Below, in pieces: positions 12,601 to 21,100 of a stretch of DNA of 64,000 nt. Source of the DNA: a virus; IMG/VR virus record IMGVR_UViG_3300025138_009100, positions 1-64,000 of that record; one strand, 5' to 3'. The first letter of the stretch is position 1. Every line of letters begins with the position of its first letter. The translations under genes were made by a program, and so were the position numbers. Below the pieces are notes generated by a model that did no database searches, was not told where the DNA came from, and was given only the letters and a program-made list of their open reading frames with translations.

Positions 12601-15524
12601 ATACGGGAGGTTTTGAACCAGCCCAATTGATTGATGAGACCGCATCTGTGTTTATAGGATGTCCTGACGGATATGCTTTCAACGCAATTACAGCAGAGAC
12701 AAAAGTTGAAAAACTTGCAATTATTCCAGAAAACGCCAACCCTATTGATTACTCTTCGGAGATAGACTTTACTACGGGTTACACTGAGTATGCGTTTATT
12801 CCGCTCAAGGTTGGCGACAATACTAAGAAGTTGGTTCGCTATCAAGCGCCATTAATCGAGAAAAGATACAATAATCCTTATGTTTACTGGAAGATAGACG
12901 CTAATGCTAGCTCTGACTTTAAAGTAGTTCCAAACTCTGGATATAAAATGTTTATAGATTATATATCAGAAAGCCCCGACGAGAAGTACGATATAACCCT
13001 AGATATTGACGGCGTTTCTTTCTCTCCTTATCCAGATGACAGAGAAGAGTCTGGAGATGGAAACGTAGATGATAGCAGTAGAAAACTACAAAGAACAGAG
13101 ACTTATAAAAAACAAACGAAGATATTTGACTTTAGGGTTAAGAAAGAGATTAGCGAGATATCGTTAAGACTTGACACTAAAGAATGGAGACAGATTAAGA
13201 GCGAAGACTTTGATGGAAATAGACCTTTGACACCAAGAGTTATTTCTGTTTCAGGTTGCCCTCTTCCGATCAATGTCGAAACAATAACATCAACAAGAAC
13301 AAAAGAAAGAAAGATTTATATCACTAAATGCTCTGGTGTACCTTGGTATAACCCAGAGCAGGCTATTACTTTTGATCCAGAGTTTAGACCTATTAAAACT
13401 CTTAATGATAAATATTGCTCGTCCTCTCCTGCTTGCGATGGATATGGAAATCAATTTATTGAAGATGGCCCTGTCATCGCGGCAGATGAGCTAGAACATT
13501 TTACTACGTTTAATGTGGGTAGGAATAGATCTAGAATCGTTCTTCTTTCCGACTCTACTATAATACAAGGGCAATCCCCTTACTTCATGAATGATGCTAT
13601 AGAAGAAAACCAAAAGTTTATTCGTAGCCTGTATCCGACAAGTCCAGAAAAATACGGAAACATGGAGTATAGTGAGGATACAAACTTTGTTGACGGAGTC
13701 AGGAAATTCTCATTTACTCAAAAAGTCTTGTCTCCACAAAGAGGAAGTGCTGCTAAATATTACGCTGCTAGTGGCTTGGATAATTTAGTAGAAAGATACA
13801 CAATAGGAGGTGTTGCCGGGTCTCTGCAAAACTATACAGATTCTGAGAACAACAAAAATCCCGGAGATGTCTTTAGAGAGTTTTCACCAGAAACACCCGA
13901 AAGAGTAGAACAAGAACTAGAAAGGTTTGGCGAAGATATTATCCCTATCTACGGAGTCTATCCAAGATATAGCGGGATTATAGACGGCAAGCTTTACATA
14001 GATGCTGGAATAGAGGGTGGCATTCCAGATTTCATGGTAGATAAAGATAAAGATTATATTGATTTTGATATGCTCGCTTCTGGATATGCTGGCGATCTGT
14101 TTGGCATATCTATTGATATTCATGAAGACAAGTTAATTGTTGGCGCGCCATTTAATGGATTCTTAAATGAAGATATTGAATCATGGTCTGGTATATATAA
14201 TTTACATGAATCTGGCGCTATAGGGTCTGGCCTCAAATTGAGTGGTAACGGTGGTGCTGGCGCTGCATTTTACTACGAAAGAACTGGACGTGGAAAAAAT
14301 GCTGTTTCAGAATTTCTACCTTGGGAATTCCAACAAAAAATTAGACCTAGTAGTATCAATGTTGGCATAGAAAATTCAACACTAGGAAAACTTAAAGAAG
14401 AAAAAGCCCACAAGCCAATTAACATTACTAGTGATTTTGTTATGAAGAATGCAATCATGACAGATAGATTTGGATATTCGGTTTCAATAGATTCTGACTT
14501 TGCTGCCATAGGCGCGCCTGCACACGATTTTGAGACAATCCATGATCACATATATAGTGGTAACGCTGCGTTTATAAGAAAAGAATTTGGTGGACAATTT
14601 GATATTCCTCAACATTCATTCTTTGACCTCGGAAGCTCTGGTGTAAGGATAGACGATTTCAGTAGAACTAGTGGAGATATGGTGTTGAATAATGGCGCAG
14701 TCTTTACTTATCGTCACAAAATTACAAGTTGGACAGCAAGATCTAAGAAGTGGGTTTATGCGCAAAAAATGAATCCAGAAGGATACAAAGATAGAAATAA
14801 TGTAGATCCTACTGGTTGTGAAAATGATTTCTTTGGTTTTTCTGTTGGTATAGATAGAGCTAGACGTGGAGATAGTGATTATGTTCTGGTTGCGGGTTCT
14901 CCTAATCACAACTTCTCAACCAGCGGAGATCATCCAACGCAAACACTTGAAGACGCTGGAGCTTCATACACCTTTGACGCCATGCTCAGAGAACAAATTG
15001 CCTCCGTACCTAATTCTGGGAGCTATATTGACGCTCAGGTATTTGGACACAAGCCGGAAAGCCAAGCGGACAGGTTGAGAAATATTGTATACCAAAACAC
15101 TACAGGTCAGCAAGAAGGCTATGAAGTAAGCGGAATAATAATTGCAAATGAAAATGGAGATGTGTTCATAGAAGTTTCAGGCCAAGACCCCGCAGAGAAG
15201 GGGTTCGTTGCTCATCGTCCATATGTAGAATATGTTAGAGGTGAGTTAATTTCTGGAACAGGTGTCAATCAAGAGTTTAATTTGATAGCGTCTGGAAGCC
15301 CAGTTTCTGTTAGTGGACAAATAATAAACTTATCTATTCCCGGTCCATCGTCTGATATAGTGTATAATAATGTGAATCTATATAGTTTCGGATCTTACGT
15401 AGGAAGCGGAGACATGCCTTTGTACATGCAGGTTTATAGCGGTATTTATAATAATTCTTTGAATTTGAATTTAACTAGTACTCAAACCATAGCGAATCTA
15501 AATTTAAGGATGAGGGGTAAATAA
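654..15524 (+). CDS. Giant (4956 aa) multidomain virion/tail adhesin-like protein with two beta-propellers (one FG-GAP type), Calx-beta, LamG-like and GIFT/GATase-like domains
   Basis: SxDG blades at 1095-2756; Calx-beta (FGFDKTTYNVNEGAGSVELTIVR...ITFAEGETQKKINIKIIDD) at ~2300-2570; LamG (WNHYVITID...FDDIRIFNREIS) at ~3080-3600; FG..GAP blades at 8970-14980. It directly follows the tape-measure gene. Confidence 0.75.
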   Translation: MKSCETISVTMEGVGSFNSTASVDLGASQELIGKGSITSPDIEKICTSKKLITTAIGSGPLYDITIDEDIEDHHRSYFDDNTIPVEAVIEYDRTLEKPEILKALLGGEQFWLSPSLYDPNYEIQQDYLEYLFTRGENQNVTRILKSKLSGDGSRLAVLVDKDLDSDSKYYIRLFIFQRSGDRWTRIENIKVREDTLHINEYYGQRNTLPSIDIDYDGDTVVLCDPQELEGIGQLKIYRLDTTTNKYLSIDGDLIIGSYSIFNSRVRVGPDVSISDDGEIVAVSEREPTSSIYFGGNVLVYKRNSSTEIWEQLGVKLSQQTGRYARINTFGEKICLSSDGLRLIVLVLDTDNYYYSTSESVKTKINVYDYQDSSWVKTKVLDSFKIDPGEGAIDTTDNYNFDEDGYRQESWTPAFDISISSDGSTVAFGATDPYQDVAYSEARSGKVEIWKEGSGDWESLIIEPDYIRERNDFERFDPVSLGRIIQLSNDGNKVLIAQSQAACIYEYSLDGPSIVSGSANIIIGDNDIASSFFSEDNFDSFIIGSTTENRGKFGFDKTTYNVNEGAGSVELTIVRTEGFKGKVSVSYQTVSDTAIANEDFIPKNSVITFAEGETQKKINIKIIDDSDIEGEHQFSVKITDVSVLQEPTYFVVGQTTLEGWVKVSQIDTFYCPAITFNDNVARTFSSNFLITDVSMSQDGSYVNILKNNWFWDEYHNYGDDSFSNVIYKVDYTRPLNKLDYDTLGSNYINWNQAHISCKNILQNGTTPIHPDSVQDYRSIDCLHDAGVRTAGQSDHSIGRVLAADHQSIEENMTFSFFINGEFEGTLLRLVEDQKSVNDILIKLKNNSSQESSNTVEVQVYDSQFLSNDPHKSHILRGLTQAQNSTTEIKSPSYDSSWNHYVITIDSTSISPSIKVYENGEFISSTPLKVKLTPCFGAYLELYDGQRCIDDNAGCDSVDNKYLAFDDIRIFNREISRDEVKLLASHRKRVTLNEIYYYDYLGDSNGTFSLEYNRSTYTDTPINKFCVNNVIDECGTIDCVIDARISFCYNSNLPNIVPVFGLYASGISGLGFIEGNSPPRLQIEQYHSKELEGVGRIFTEGAVGQYSLTQKISGISDLSTGFADKYNGDFFDLSCVQKLYPSSDISSIGFVSSEGENTLFPRIDEGVYEGDWKIDSTRISDDSQSYIQLIAPDTEGSFSYKCGMTNTLVDPEDSVIKFRLSGPTSTFDCGVPPKYTISNIKLEDPQGTLIVQYEDIIFIGDSDFTNDINYTTVVRQEKINNVKGFYRWGDNYPTLDSGNAPNGFSLSFDIDAEDPGAEFTLGYNQAFKESTTRSSLGQLNPALRISAIEICSSGRLSNYQEEYINLMTPVVDTGRRIEKCFHPTFFPKFDFDTGVWPSVSSVWYANGDASLSNQSSQGSIQLLENIRDSEDTTFATLHSMGSIENSGKLTLRFGYSPTSQQQVEAGSFSDAFGEGRNKRDNIWFSPLGAFSGLTTTDQDIDHNYFEFDSITLKVRAKKSSGSRDYVLDVVGYSDDCLINVTPAVGGFLQNTSGVILPDHSDDSLVFYGNTGSIPTTSGFKDVDDLGLSTEPFSNKDEYFESSTTNNDGGDHYLLTTYPTVTSTDFEWYEIPLKVYDDNVDLGASRKYNLSSLLERLYLDIYPLPTGAAISNIHLCVRYAPQNAFNLMSQGGERIRSIQDGRTEGSYYPTSRQSNDQMLNAGSGLSPLSYISGIPQAFTTPDSIKSNYSRRWRGMEGTVQGPYDVDQFGFGFSNPLLDYPFLSGFYLFEDNSTSIKPVVGGLEGTLTTSYNNFHFTNIGWRFSNSGIFEDQKPGYSSAHTTTDWTSLSNGSNNLQGHELYGQIADAFKHAVRISGDNSFINFGNTHYGTEGDQGLSVYMRFTPDINVSGTNYDCFESGVLVSKWDAGQDMEFTLAYSGGYLAARAKDSQTGNIKEVYDTVPYSGYQFPLSVIMTYNDDESQKLKLYTDNEFESDWNVLRGSSDSFYIDTNSSDLRVGYCPSSGVGFNMFLFEFGLSSGNIVESNPDATHKEVTAQKFFENNRVYWSDEKEGVANDTSKLWDYVNENTYSDWHIGAFKHCYFNFEFDNLGSRTGKRTNRDLINFNINHHGSGYSQYATLEMPTSIDSGVSYHTQIENDFLRFHLSDTPDNFYSAYPRVSKNLPHGYNFAEKALVVETILDHKSDSHNIVWEDGSVGPKLIVSLYTKNQEPEHPLVEPFTEPNWGLVNRAIHYLPPSSCLMRFDSTFNYDDYCDDSEQWALFPHEPRLTELTEKYFSKDVDDMFLQYDLVYPSGPAFDSRIDMHTCHVRAEDAFVNATANSGSFNLYASGDPSPVVNSLDLHLFSTSGMEDSGWGPASGLNLVTLGPVNVSDSGFILYASGETISTGALSAFIDGHILIKESGFNLIASGDGRTWTSYPPAGDGVVGGMIVGEEFVVGAAPTIPPLPMFVYGKGVESGILPLVVNNNESASSPDGPVLPLSLFPSNPGSGGIRDFMPVYMLQNFANEPGPRSGTLDLSIIGAAALSSRYRNASTNLSLRAPDQLPLLEKMNITLYGDNLSEVVSTGSLNLFSSNYTGFNTPFYLWYNNNYGTGITLQDNQIASVDVGDEIRGVDLFGYGSCTGDSPRKAVDSALITDDTIWRPETCNEGGIFRATQTYTNLSAGYSGNYYGIRKLQGLIPDAPYITTLKITTGSTEAIKVPRDWEEWEYGTCGPDTIGGCCPDDPCSRNINFSGIKLIGDYPYLSGQPALYDSSSRLAGDNYGRSVAVKKDLMVVGAPKHKIYDERGDLLNDAGAVFLYRRDEDLAGLKADWALEEKIILPSGYRQDYISETYQNLLCYPNNLAKEFCISGQQWNIGQQGREFGHSLDLASSGDRETLVVGAPGAYWNRTFEDIVVSGVPVFMLVFTDKFSYNKEKIAAIGNTALKYDILYKYFSAPWVLDGSQFQPELDINVLLCQIYDNDQKDSLPKVRSDKPWFHHLYINNLLDDNEDPAVLKNTALSGIQKKFFEMFPYGDALYSGVPPIVGVFGDDTPSTFNKAAFQPALDEFLSFYQEYAYESGIKDLTNDTSQSGYVKQIYSDSFAWDKASVKILSDTLATGNLLTQKQSRFPDYNFTGNPVMNYVTSGVGQEWARSNSYEFQIPPESGGRAYIFEKENGRFNLVQEIVSPQEDLQLFSSDDFAGAMDQTGLPYGTKPNDRFGHSVSISNNSEVVTIGSPYSTEACLIYERDEKENTRMYKKIREWLVSKSLDEEVTKYDNLLVVSGELQVQKATYNELNQTNKFALRTDKSFWGKTPINLYKKIFKYDYTDIAYTGTWGFIPQEFAGTSRLGYSTAISEDGGVAAFGAPTDSFNEFDDYNVYHRSEDTWASYMQAGAVRVFESRRYHPHSGAVEFTRFGNLDRSVHGSGDMAQFYDQMGLYLKPKNISFERLPFSEIEIPESAGLAFIITPELDAASDEIIDNIKSWLALGDRTLVLAGNDPIWEENGLYFDSNKIVNKILKKLGSRMRLVPARNEYESLVGGVSELDYNNDKYNVTKAFIPEYIHDTHLTNNNMFASGVADIRIDISDLELQDLLLHSPCDTINTKCEHTIQHLGDLRTQWNSECIVAGTPPGKIEYKTNWPFHFNNPNPARGCSFWPQNPKPYVDRPGEAIRPVLTAAEHITPPPVIIPASSGEDKKCTTSLSGIITTTYETSTKLYEFADTQLDELAFSISQPSGSFLSGIFEDFTRGEFFDPEPFETRNSFMQAAGTSYEVDVPPSDFVVSPESVWATEESYYNNSVNTNSKVILFASMQAETDFAVGKSNNAGEDPNNKDQNIYFYNNLVSQDCNSAGNIIQLGGWTGRDSFSSAFANSAVAKVLKQGQHEVSSGVIFTETDSISVIHNVVWIADPIAKPSDSDINRIKNWLDTGDKKLVITYSNSQEKANHVEYICDKLGLNTKPYYSKANGAYFVQDTDLIAQGNTQAIPYDNTGGFEPAQLIDETASVFIGCPDGYAFNAITAETKVEKLAIIPENANPIDYSSEIDFTTGYTEYAFIPLKVGDNTKKLVRYQAPLIEKRYNNPYVYWKIDANASSDFKVVPNSGYKMFIDYISESPDEKYDITLDIDGVSFSPYPDDREESGDGNVDDSSRKLQRTETYKKQTKIFDFRVKKEISEISLRLDTKEWRQIKSEDFDGNRPLTPRVISVSGCPLPINVETITSTRTKERKIYITKCSGVPWYNPEQAITFDPEFRPIKTLNDKYCSSSPACDGYGNQFIEDGPVIAADELEHFTTFNVGRNRSRIVLLSDSTIIQGQSPYFMNDAIEENQKFIRSLYPTSPEKYGNMEYSEDTNFVDGVRKFSFTQKVLSPQRGSAAKYYAASGLDNLVERYTIGGVAGSLQNYTDSENNKNPGDVFREFSPETPERVEQELERFGEDIIPIYGVYPRYSGIIDGKLYIDAGIEGGIPDFMVDKDKDYIDFDMLASGYAGDLFGISIDIHEDKLIVGAPFNGFLNEDIESWSGIYNLHESGAIGSGLKLSGNGGAGAAFYYERTGRGKNAVSEFLPWEFQQKIRPSSINVGIENSTLGKLKEEKAHKPINITSDFVMKNAIMTDRFGYSVSIDSDFAAIGAPAHDFETIHDHIYSGNAAFIRKEFGGQFDIPQHSFFDLGSSGVRIDDFSRTSGDMVLNNGAVFTYRHKITSWTARSKKWVYAQKMNPEGYKDRNNVDPTGCENDFFGFSVGIDRARRGDSDYVLVAGSPNHNFSTSGDHPTQTLEDAGASYTFDAMLREQIASVPNSGSYIDAQVFGHKPESQADRLRNIVYQNTTGQQEGYEVSGIIIANENGDVFIEVSGQDPAEKGFVAHRPYVEYVRGELISGTGVNQEFNLIASGSPVSVSGQIINLSIPGPSSDIVYNNVNLYSFGSYVGSGDMPLYMQVYSGIYNNSLNLNLTSTQTIANLNLRMRGK
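15360..15369 (+). promoter_or_regulatory. Candidate phage late-promoter motif GTGTATAATA inside the 3' end of the giant gene
   Basis: The same 10-mer occurs at 28054; this copy lies ~155 nt upstream of the 15524 start. Confidence 0.3.
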
Positions 15525-17326
15525 TGCCGATCAGAATAAGATACAATAACGATCCTAATCAACCCTGTACGCTAAGACCTACGCCTTTTATGTCTATAGG
15601 CACGTCTATTTTAAAAAACGGAGCGGGAGAAGCGTTCGGTAGCGTGTATACAATTACTTTAAACGGAACATTGTTAGCGGACCAAGGCACTCCCTACGCA
15701 ACAAAACCTGTAGCGGTTGGACAATCCCACGAAAGGTTTGACTTTCATACTTACCCAGCAGACTACCCGGTCGTGGAAAACAGCAAGGTTGGTCCTTATC
15801 TTGGGTTTGACGCTGTATTAGGGGCAGATAAATACCCTCCTAAGCAACAAATCTCTGCAAACGCTTCTTCTCATTCTTTATTTGTGAAACAGAAAGCTTT
15901 AAGAGCGCTTTTCGCTAGAGATGGACAAAGGTTTGAATTGTCAGACTGGGATGACGACGAAGAGTCTATTATTTGTTATCCTAGAGTTATAGATATTAGC
16001 TTTGAGGAAGGGATATACGTAGATAAGTGTTCTTACACAATAACTTTAGAAGCAGACACTCTTTTAAACAGTAAGTTGCATGTAGACGCAGAAGGTGCGC
16101 TTATACTCGGAGATGGAATAGCTAGAAGCGGACTTCTAGAGCAAGACCTACTGAGAGATGGAGTCAAGCAGCATCACCCAGATCTACACCCCACCTTAGC
16201 TAGTCTTAGTGGCGCATTTATAAATGATTTTTCTGAAGACTGGTCTTTAGAGGTGGACGAGTCTCTTTCAGAGCAGCCTAATATAAATAAATCATATAGA
16301 ATCACTCATAGTATTAATGCTACTGGCAAGACGCACTATGGCCCTAAAGATAACACAGAGAATGAAATAGTAAAAAGAGAAGCGTGGGAGCAAGCGAGAT
16401 TGTTTGTTCAAGATAAACTTTGTAGTAACATAAAAGATGTGTATCCAAATAGCGCTGGTATTATTGGTAAAGGTATAATAAATTTACACAGCTCTTACCA
16501 AGGCTATAACCACACAAGAACAGAGCAAATAAATCAAAGTGCTGGAAGTTATTCTGTTACAGAGACATTTTTATTAGCTAGCGGAAATGCTTACGAAACG
16601 TACAACATGAGCATCTCTAGTGACACAAGTAATCCGTTTGTATCTGTTTCTGTTGACGGTAATGTAAAAGGTTTAACACCTATAGACCCTAGTGGCGCTG
16701 CGTTTGGAGGAGTACATTTAGAAAACGCTACATCTGGAGCTTACGATGTAGCTATAAGTAAGTATATGTCGATATCAAATAGTGGACAGTTTGGACTTGG
16801 TTGCGATTTATATAAAAGAGCAAACGCTTCCGTTGCTGTTCAGCTTAATTCTCAACCAAACTCTATCTCTTTAGGTATGAATGAAAACACGGGAGAGATA
16901 ACCTATAATCTTTCTTTTGACAACAGACCTACAAACATTATATCTGGAGTGCTATCGGAAAACATAACCGTGAATGATACTTACCCCGGAGACATATTCG
17001 CGGTCATCCCTGTTCTTGGTCGTCCAACCGGGCCTGTTCTTCAGTACATTGGCGGTAGAACTGAATATAGAAGAGAAGTACAACTTAGTCTACAAATGGA
17101 TTACACTAAAATACCTTACGGTTCCACTAGAAAGTCTTTACTCCTAAAGAAACCTAGCGTTGTAGAACCAACCGCTAGTCAAATTGGCAGTTTAATAAAA
17201 GAATTAAGTCCAGAAGGAGAACAAGGCGTTAGAAAGTATTTTTTATCTGCGCCGCAGGAGACTTGGAGTCCAAAAGAAGGTTCTTACAACATTAGTTTGT
17301 CTTGGGTTTATGAGTTGGATAAATGA
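15524..17326 (+). CDS. Putative tail/baseplate structural protein (600 aa)
   Basis: Long ORF coupled to the giant gene (TAATG overlap); beta-rich repeated YxITxxxxA/SYxxTE pattern; located in the tail module. Confidence 0.55.
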   Translation: MPIRIRYNNDPNQPCTLRPTPFMSIGTSILKNGAGEAFGSVYTITLNGTLLADQGTPYATKPVAVGQSHERFDFHTYPADYPVVENSKVGPYLGFDAVLGADKYPPKQQISANASSHSLFVKQKALRALFARDGQRFELSDWDDDEESIICYPRVIDISFEEGIYVDKCSYTITLEADTLLNSKLHVDAEGALILGDGIARSGLLEQDLLRDGVKQHHPDLHPTLASLSGAFINDFSEDWSLEVDESLSEQPNINKSYRITHSINATGKTHYGPKDNTENEIVKREAWEQARLFVQDKLCSNIKDVYPNSAGIIGKGIINLHSSYQGYNHTRTEQINQSAGSYSVTETFLLASGNAYETYNMSISSDTSNPFVSVSVDGNVKGLTPIDPSGAAFGGVHLENATSGAYDVAISKYMSISNSGQFGLGCDLYKRANASVAVQLNSQPNSISLGMNENTGEITYNLSFDNRPTNIISGVLSENITVNDTYPGDIFAVIPVLGRPTGPVLQYIGGRTEYRREVQLSLQMDYTKIPYGSTRKSLLLKKPSVVEPTASQIGSLIKELSPEGEQGVRKYFLSAPQETWSPKEGSYNISLSWVYELDK

Positions 17327-18153
17327 GCCATAGTGGAATAACACCTTTAACAGAGCAGCAAAAATTAGTTTCCGGCAAGCAGTTAGTTGCTTCTGGTGAA
17401 GCTAATTTTGTTGATTTTAGGCAGCATACATCTTCTGATTGGGATTCTACAATCCCTACCGGAAATGTTTATGTTATATCAACTCCTCAAGTTAGACATA
17501 AAGAGTTTGATGTAAACAAACCTGAAAAATATATTATTGCCTCTGGAATTAATTTTCCTTTTCCTAATCCTTATAATATTTCTTATCCAGCGAATGTTAC
17601 AGGAGAAATGTTTTCTTTGGCTTGGTGGGAAGTTAGTGGTGTATTTAAAACCTACCCCGCATCAACACTTTTACTTATAGACCAAGAAAGACAAAGTGGC
17701 ATTCTTCATTGGGAGGGTTTTAAACAAGTAGAAGATTTTTCAAACTCTCCTAACGTTGCACCTCTTGTTCCAGAAGTAAAGTTTAATAATTATATTCATT
17801 ACTTTCCAGAATATCCTAACCATATGCATAATCCTCCTTCTAAATTGGAGGCTCCAGACTACTCAGACCCTAGCACTACGCTTGCAAAACTAAGAAGTAA
17901 ACAAAGTAGAAAATATATAGAAATAGAATATCTGTCAGATGTTACCAAAAGAACTAAGCCTTCAAGTAATAATAATCAAAACTACGAATATGATGACGAC
18001 GGACTATTTCCTTCTGTGAAATCAGAAGTGCCTTTCGTAGAAGGTAGGTGTGAATACACAGACGGAACTTGTAGAAATAACATTTCGGAAGAAGCTTGTA
18101 CGGCTTACCCCGGAGCTATTTGGACTTCAGGAGAATCTTGCCCAGAGGAATAA
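17323..18153 (+). CDS. Hypothetical virion-associated protein, SG-rich, with a C-terminal 4-Cys module
   Basis: ATGA overlap with the upstream gene; C-terminus GRCEYTDGTCRNNISEEACTAYPGAIWTSGESC. Confidence 0.55.
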   Translation: MSHSGITPLTEQQKLVSGKQLVASGEANFVDFRQHTSSDWDSTIPTGNVYVISTPQVRHKEFDVNKPEKYIIASGINFPFPNPYNISYPANVTGEMFSLAWWEVSGVFKTYPASTLLLIDQERQSGILHWEGFKQVEDFSNSPNVAPLVPEVKFNNYIHYFPEYPNHMHNPPSKLEAPDYSDPSTTLAKLRSKQSRKYIEIEYLSDVTKRTKPSSNNNQNYEYDDDGLFPSVKSEVPFVEGRCEYTDGTCRNNISEEACTAYPGAIWTSGESCPEE

Positions 18154-18154
18154 G

Positions 18155-21100
18155 ATGTCAGAAAAACATAAACCAGACTATTCAGTAGTGCCTCCTACGG
18201 GAGCTTTTGATCAAGACCAAGCAGCCGGATCAGGTTCTGAGTGGCCTAGTAAATTTGTATTACCTCAAGGTCCGTCAGGAACTTTTTCTAACGGAGGGTG
18301 GACTGAAGGAAACGAGGGGTTTGTTCAACAAACATTCTTAGGCGCTAGTATAAGAAATTTTAATATAGCTGGCGGATTTGGAGATAGTAGCTCTAACCTG
18401 TCTGTAGAATTAATAGAAGATGAATATAATAAATCGGACTCTACATTTTTAGGTTTAGGAGACGACGTTTATCATTCTGGAAATGGAGACAAGTTTGTTG
18501 CTCCTCCGGTTGGATCTCCTGTATTTTTTAAGTTTGGTAAAAACTGGGCGACCGTAGAGCAGGCTTACAGAAGAATAATTGATGAAACATACGGAATATC
18601 TTCTATTGACTTAGAAAAGTGGAACTTTGAAGACGAATTAATCCAGACTAGTGGAGCTTTTTCTAGGACTCCTTATGAAGCTTCTGGAGAATGGCCCAAC
18701 GAAAGGGAAAAATACTATCTTAGAAACCAAGAAAAAACAAAGCTTTTTTCAGACATAGAAGATCCAAGAGACGACTTGAGGACTTGGGTAGATAAAAGCT
18801 TTCTGTATACCCACGACGACAAGGACAGAGGCTACCAACACTTTACGTTTGGTGGTATATTGCAAAGCACAAGTGAAACGAGGGGGGCAAACGGAAACCC
18901 TTCTCATAGCGCGAAAGTGACAGACCCTAGAGAAATATTGTCAAATTGCGCTATTATTTTAAATGATTACGCAGGAACTACCTTTAATAATAAAAATCTT
19001 TTTAACGTATATGGATTTTTAGAATACGACCCAAGCGATGAATTACAAAAAAGATTAGACGAGAAAGCTCAGTATAAATGGACTATAAAAAAACAGGTAA
19101 GTAGTACAGGCCAAGTAAAACATGTTGGGTTTGACGCAAAACTTGGTACATCAGCATTAAATCCATCTGATACAAATTGGGATCTATACAAATTTCCTCA
19201 AACGGTTCAGAGTGCTGGTTCTGCTGGTAAAATTTTCACAGCCGAAGCTATAGACACAGACGTAGGGGCAGCTAGCGAGCTATATCCTAAATTTTTCCCA
19301 ATAACTGGAGAGGGTTTTTCCAGAAGGTCAGAACAAGGTATTCCTTGGTATAGGGTTAGTCATGCTTTAGCAGCCCTTTTTGAACAATACGGAAAGCTTC
19401 CTGAAGAGTACTTAGAAGCTGGTTTTGGTGGAACCATAGATTTTAGGGGTTTCAATTATATCGTAGATTTTGGTGGAATACCCACTGAGAAAATTCCCAA
19501 TATCTATATGATGAACTATAATCAAACAGATTTATTATCAATAGCTCAAGAGCTTTGTGATATAATTAGCCATGATTTATTTGTCAGTTTATTCCCTGTT
19601 ATAGATCCTTTAACGAGCTTAAAAGAAGACACAGACGAAAAAGCTGCGATTATGAATTCTGCTTTTGCAAAAAATAATTATTGGACAAAGAAAGCTTCTG
19701 GGTATGATCCTAGTAGCGACAAGTATAAACAATACATGTCTAATATTATTCATGGTATAATTCGAGTCGATGCTATTGATAGATCAAAACAACCTACCTA
19801 CGGTTCTATACAGTCGTATATAAATAGGCTTGAGAATCAAGGGATATATGTCGAGAATAGAAATCTTGGATTTGAGCTTGCTAATATAACTACTGATAAA
19901 TTTGTGGCTGGCGCGCAAGAAGTCGAGATGCATTATTTTTCCACCTACAAAGATAGAGACAGCTTAGAAGCTAGAAAACAAGCTGCGGGAATACCAAACA
20001 AATTACAATATATTAACGAAAAACAATGGAGCCTAGAAGCTTCCTTGAAGCAACAAGTGCTTCCTTTTTATGGTTTTTTAGGTAAGGGCGCTTTATCTAT
20101 ACCTAGAGGGTTTGGTTCTTATCAGCAAATAATGTTAGACACCAGCGCTTTAGATGCCCACGGTGTTGGTAATTATTATGTAGCCACAGAAATAGAGCTT
20201 AGGGCAGCTTTGGTATCTTACGATAACTGGGCGGATCTTTTAGCTAGACAATATAACGAAACTTATATTCAAGAAGTAGGAAACTTGAAGGGATTTTACA
20301 ATGAGCTATTCAGAACTAAATCCGAAGATATAGAGGGTCTTGGAAACATACCAGAGGGAGACCCTTTTAATATTAGGGATTTAGAAAATAGAGAATTTGG
20401 CGTCTCTGTTCCCAGATGTGTCTTTAACTCAGAAAAGAATTTCATGGGTCCAGACGGATATCCTGCTAGTCCATGCTCGCCTCCTTATGGATATCCACTT
20501 TATTATAAACGCGCAGAAAAACTAGGGATAAATAGAGCTAGCCTTGCTAATCTCTCTAGTAAAATAGATGAAGTAATCACACAGGTAAACAAGATAGAGG
20601 ATTTCGCTAACTCTGACGAAGACACAAACTCTTTAAAGATAGAAAAAAGATCATTAGAACAGATACTCACCACTAGTTATAATCTAATTGTTGCTACTTC
20701 TTCGCAAGCTGCATTCGACGGCAGTTCCAGATATTATACTAATGAAGCTTTTAACGAAGCAAATACCTGTGTTTTCTCGCAAATAGAAGCAATTGAAGAG
20801 GAAATTGAGAAATTCACAGAGGCTGGGAATCATCCTGCAATACTAAGCCATATCAAAGAGTCAGCAGTCGCGTTAAGCGCAGAGGTCGGAAGGATGTCCA
20901 GAAGGGGTTACAAGAATTCTAAAAAGGTTTACGATTTTATAAGAAAAATAGCAGAAGAAAACCTAGGCAAGAAATTTCTTGTTAAAATTCCTCGGTATTG
21001 CAACGTAAACTATAGCGAAGATATTAAATTAAAAAAACAAATTGGAATCCAAGGCGTTGATGAAGATGAAAATCCAATATATGGAGACTTTACGGACTCT

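Noticed and set aside
18050-18154. GTG start giving a 104-nt overlap with the upstream gene
   Set aside because: ATG 18155 follows the upstream stop and has an SD-like sequence; the extension is probably incidental.
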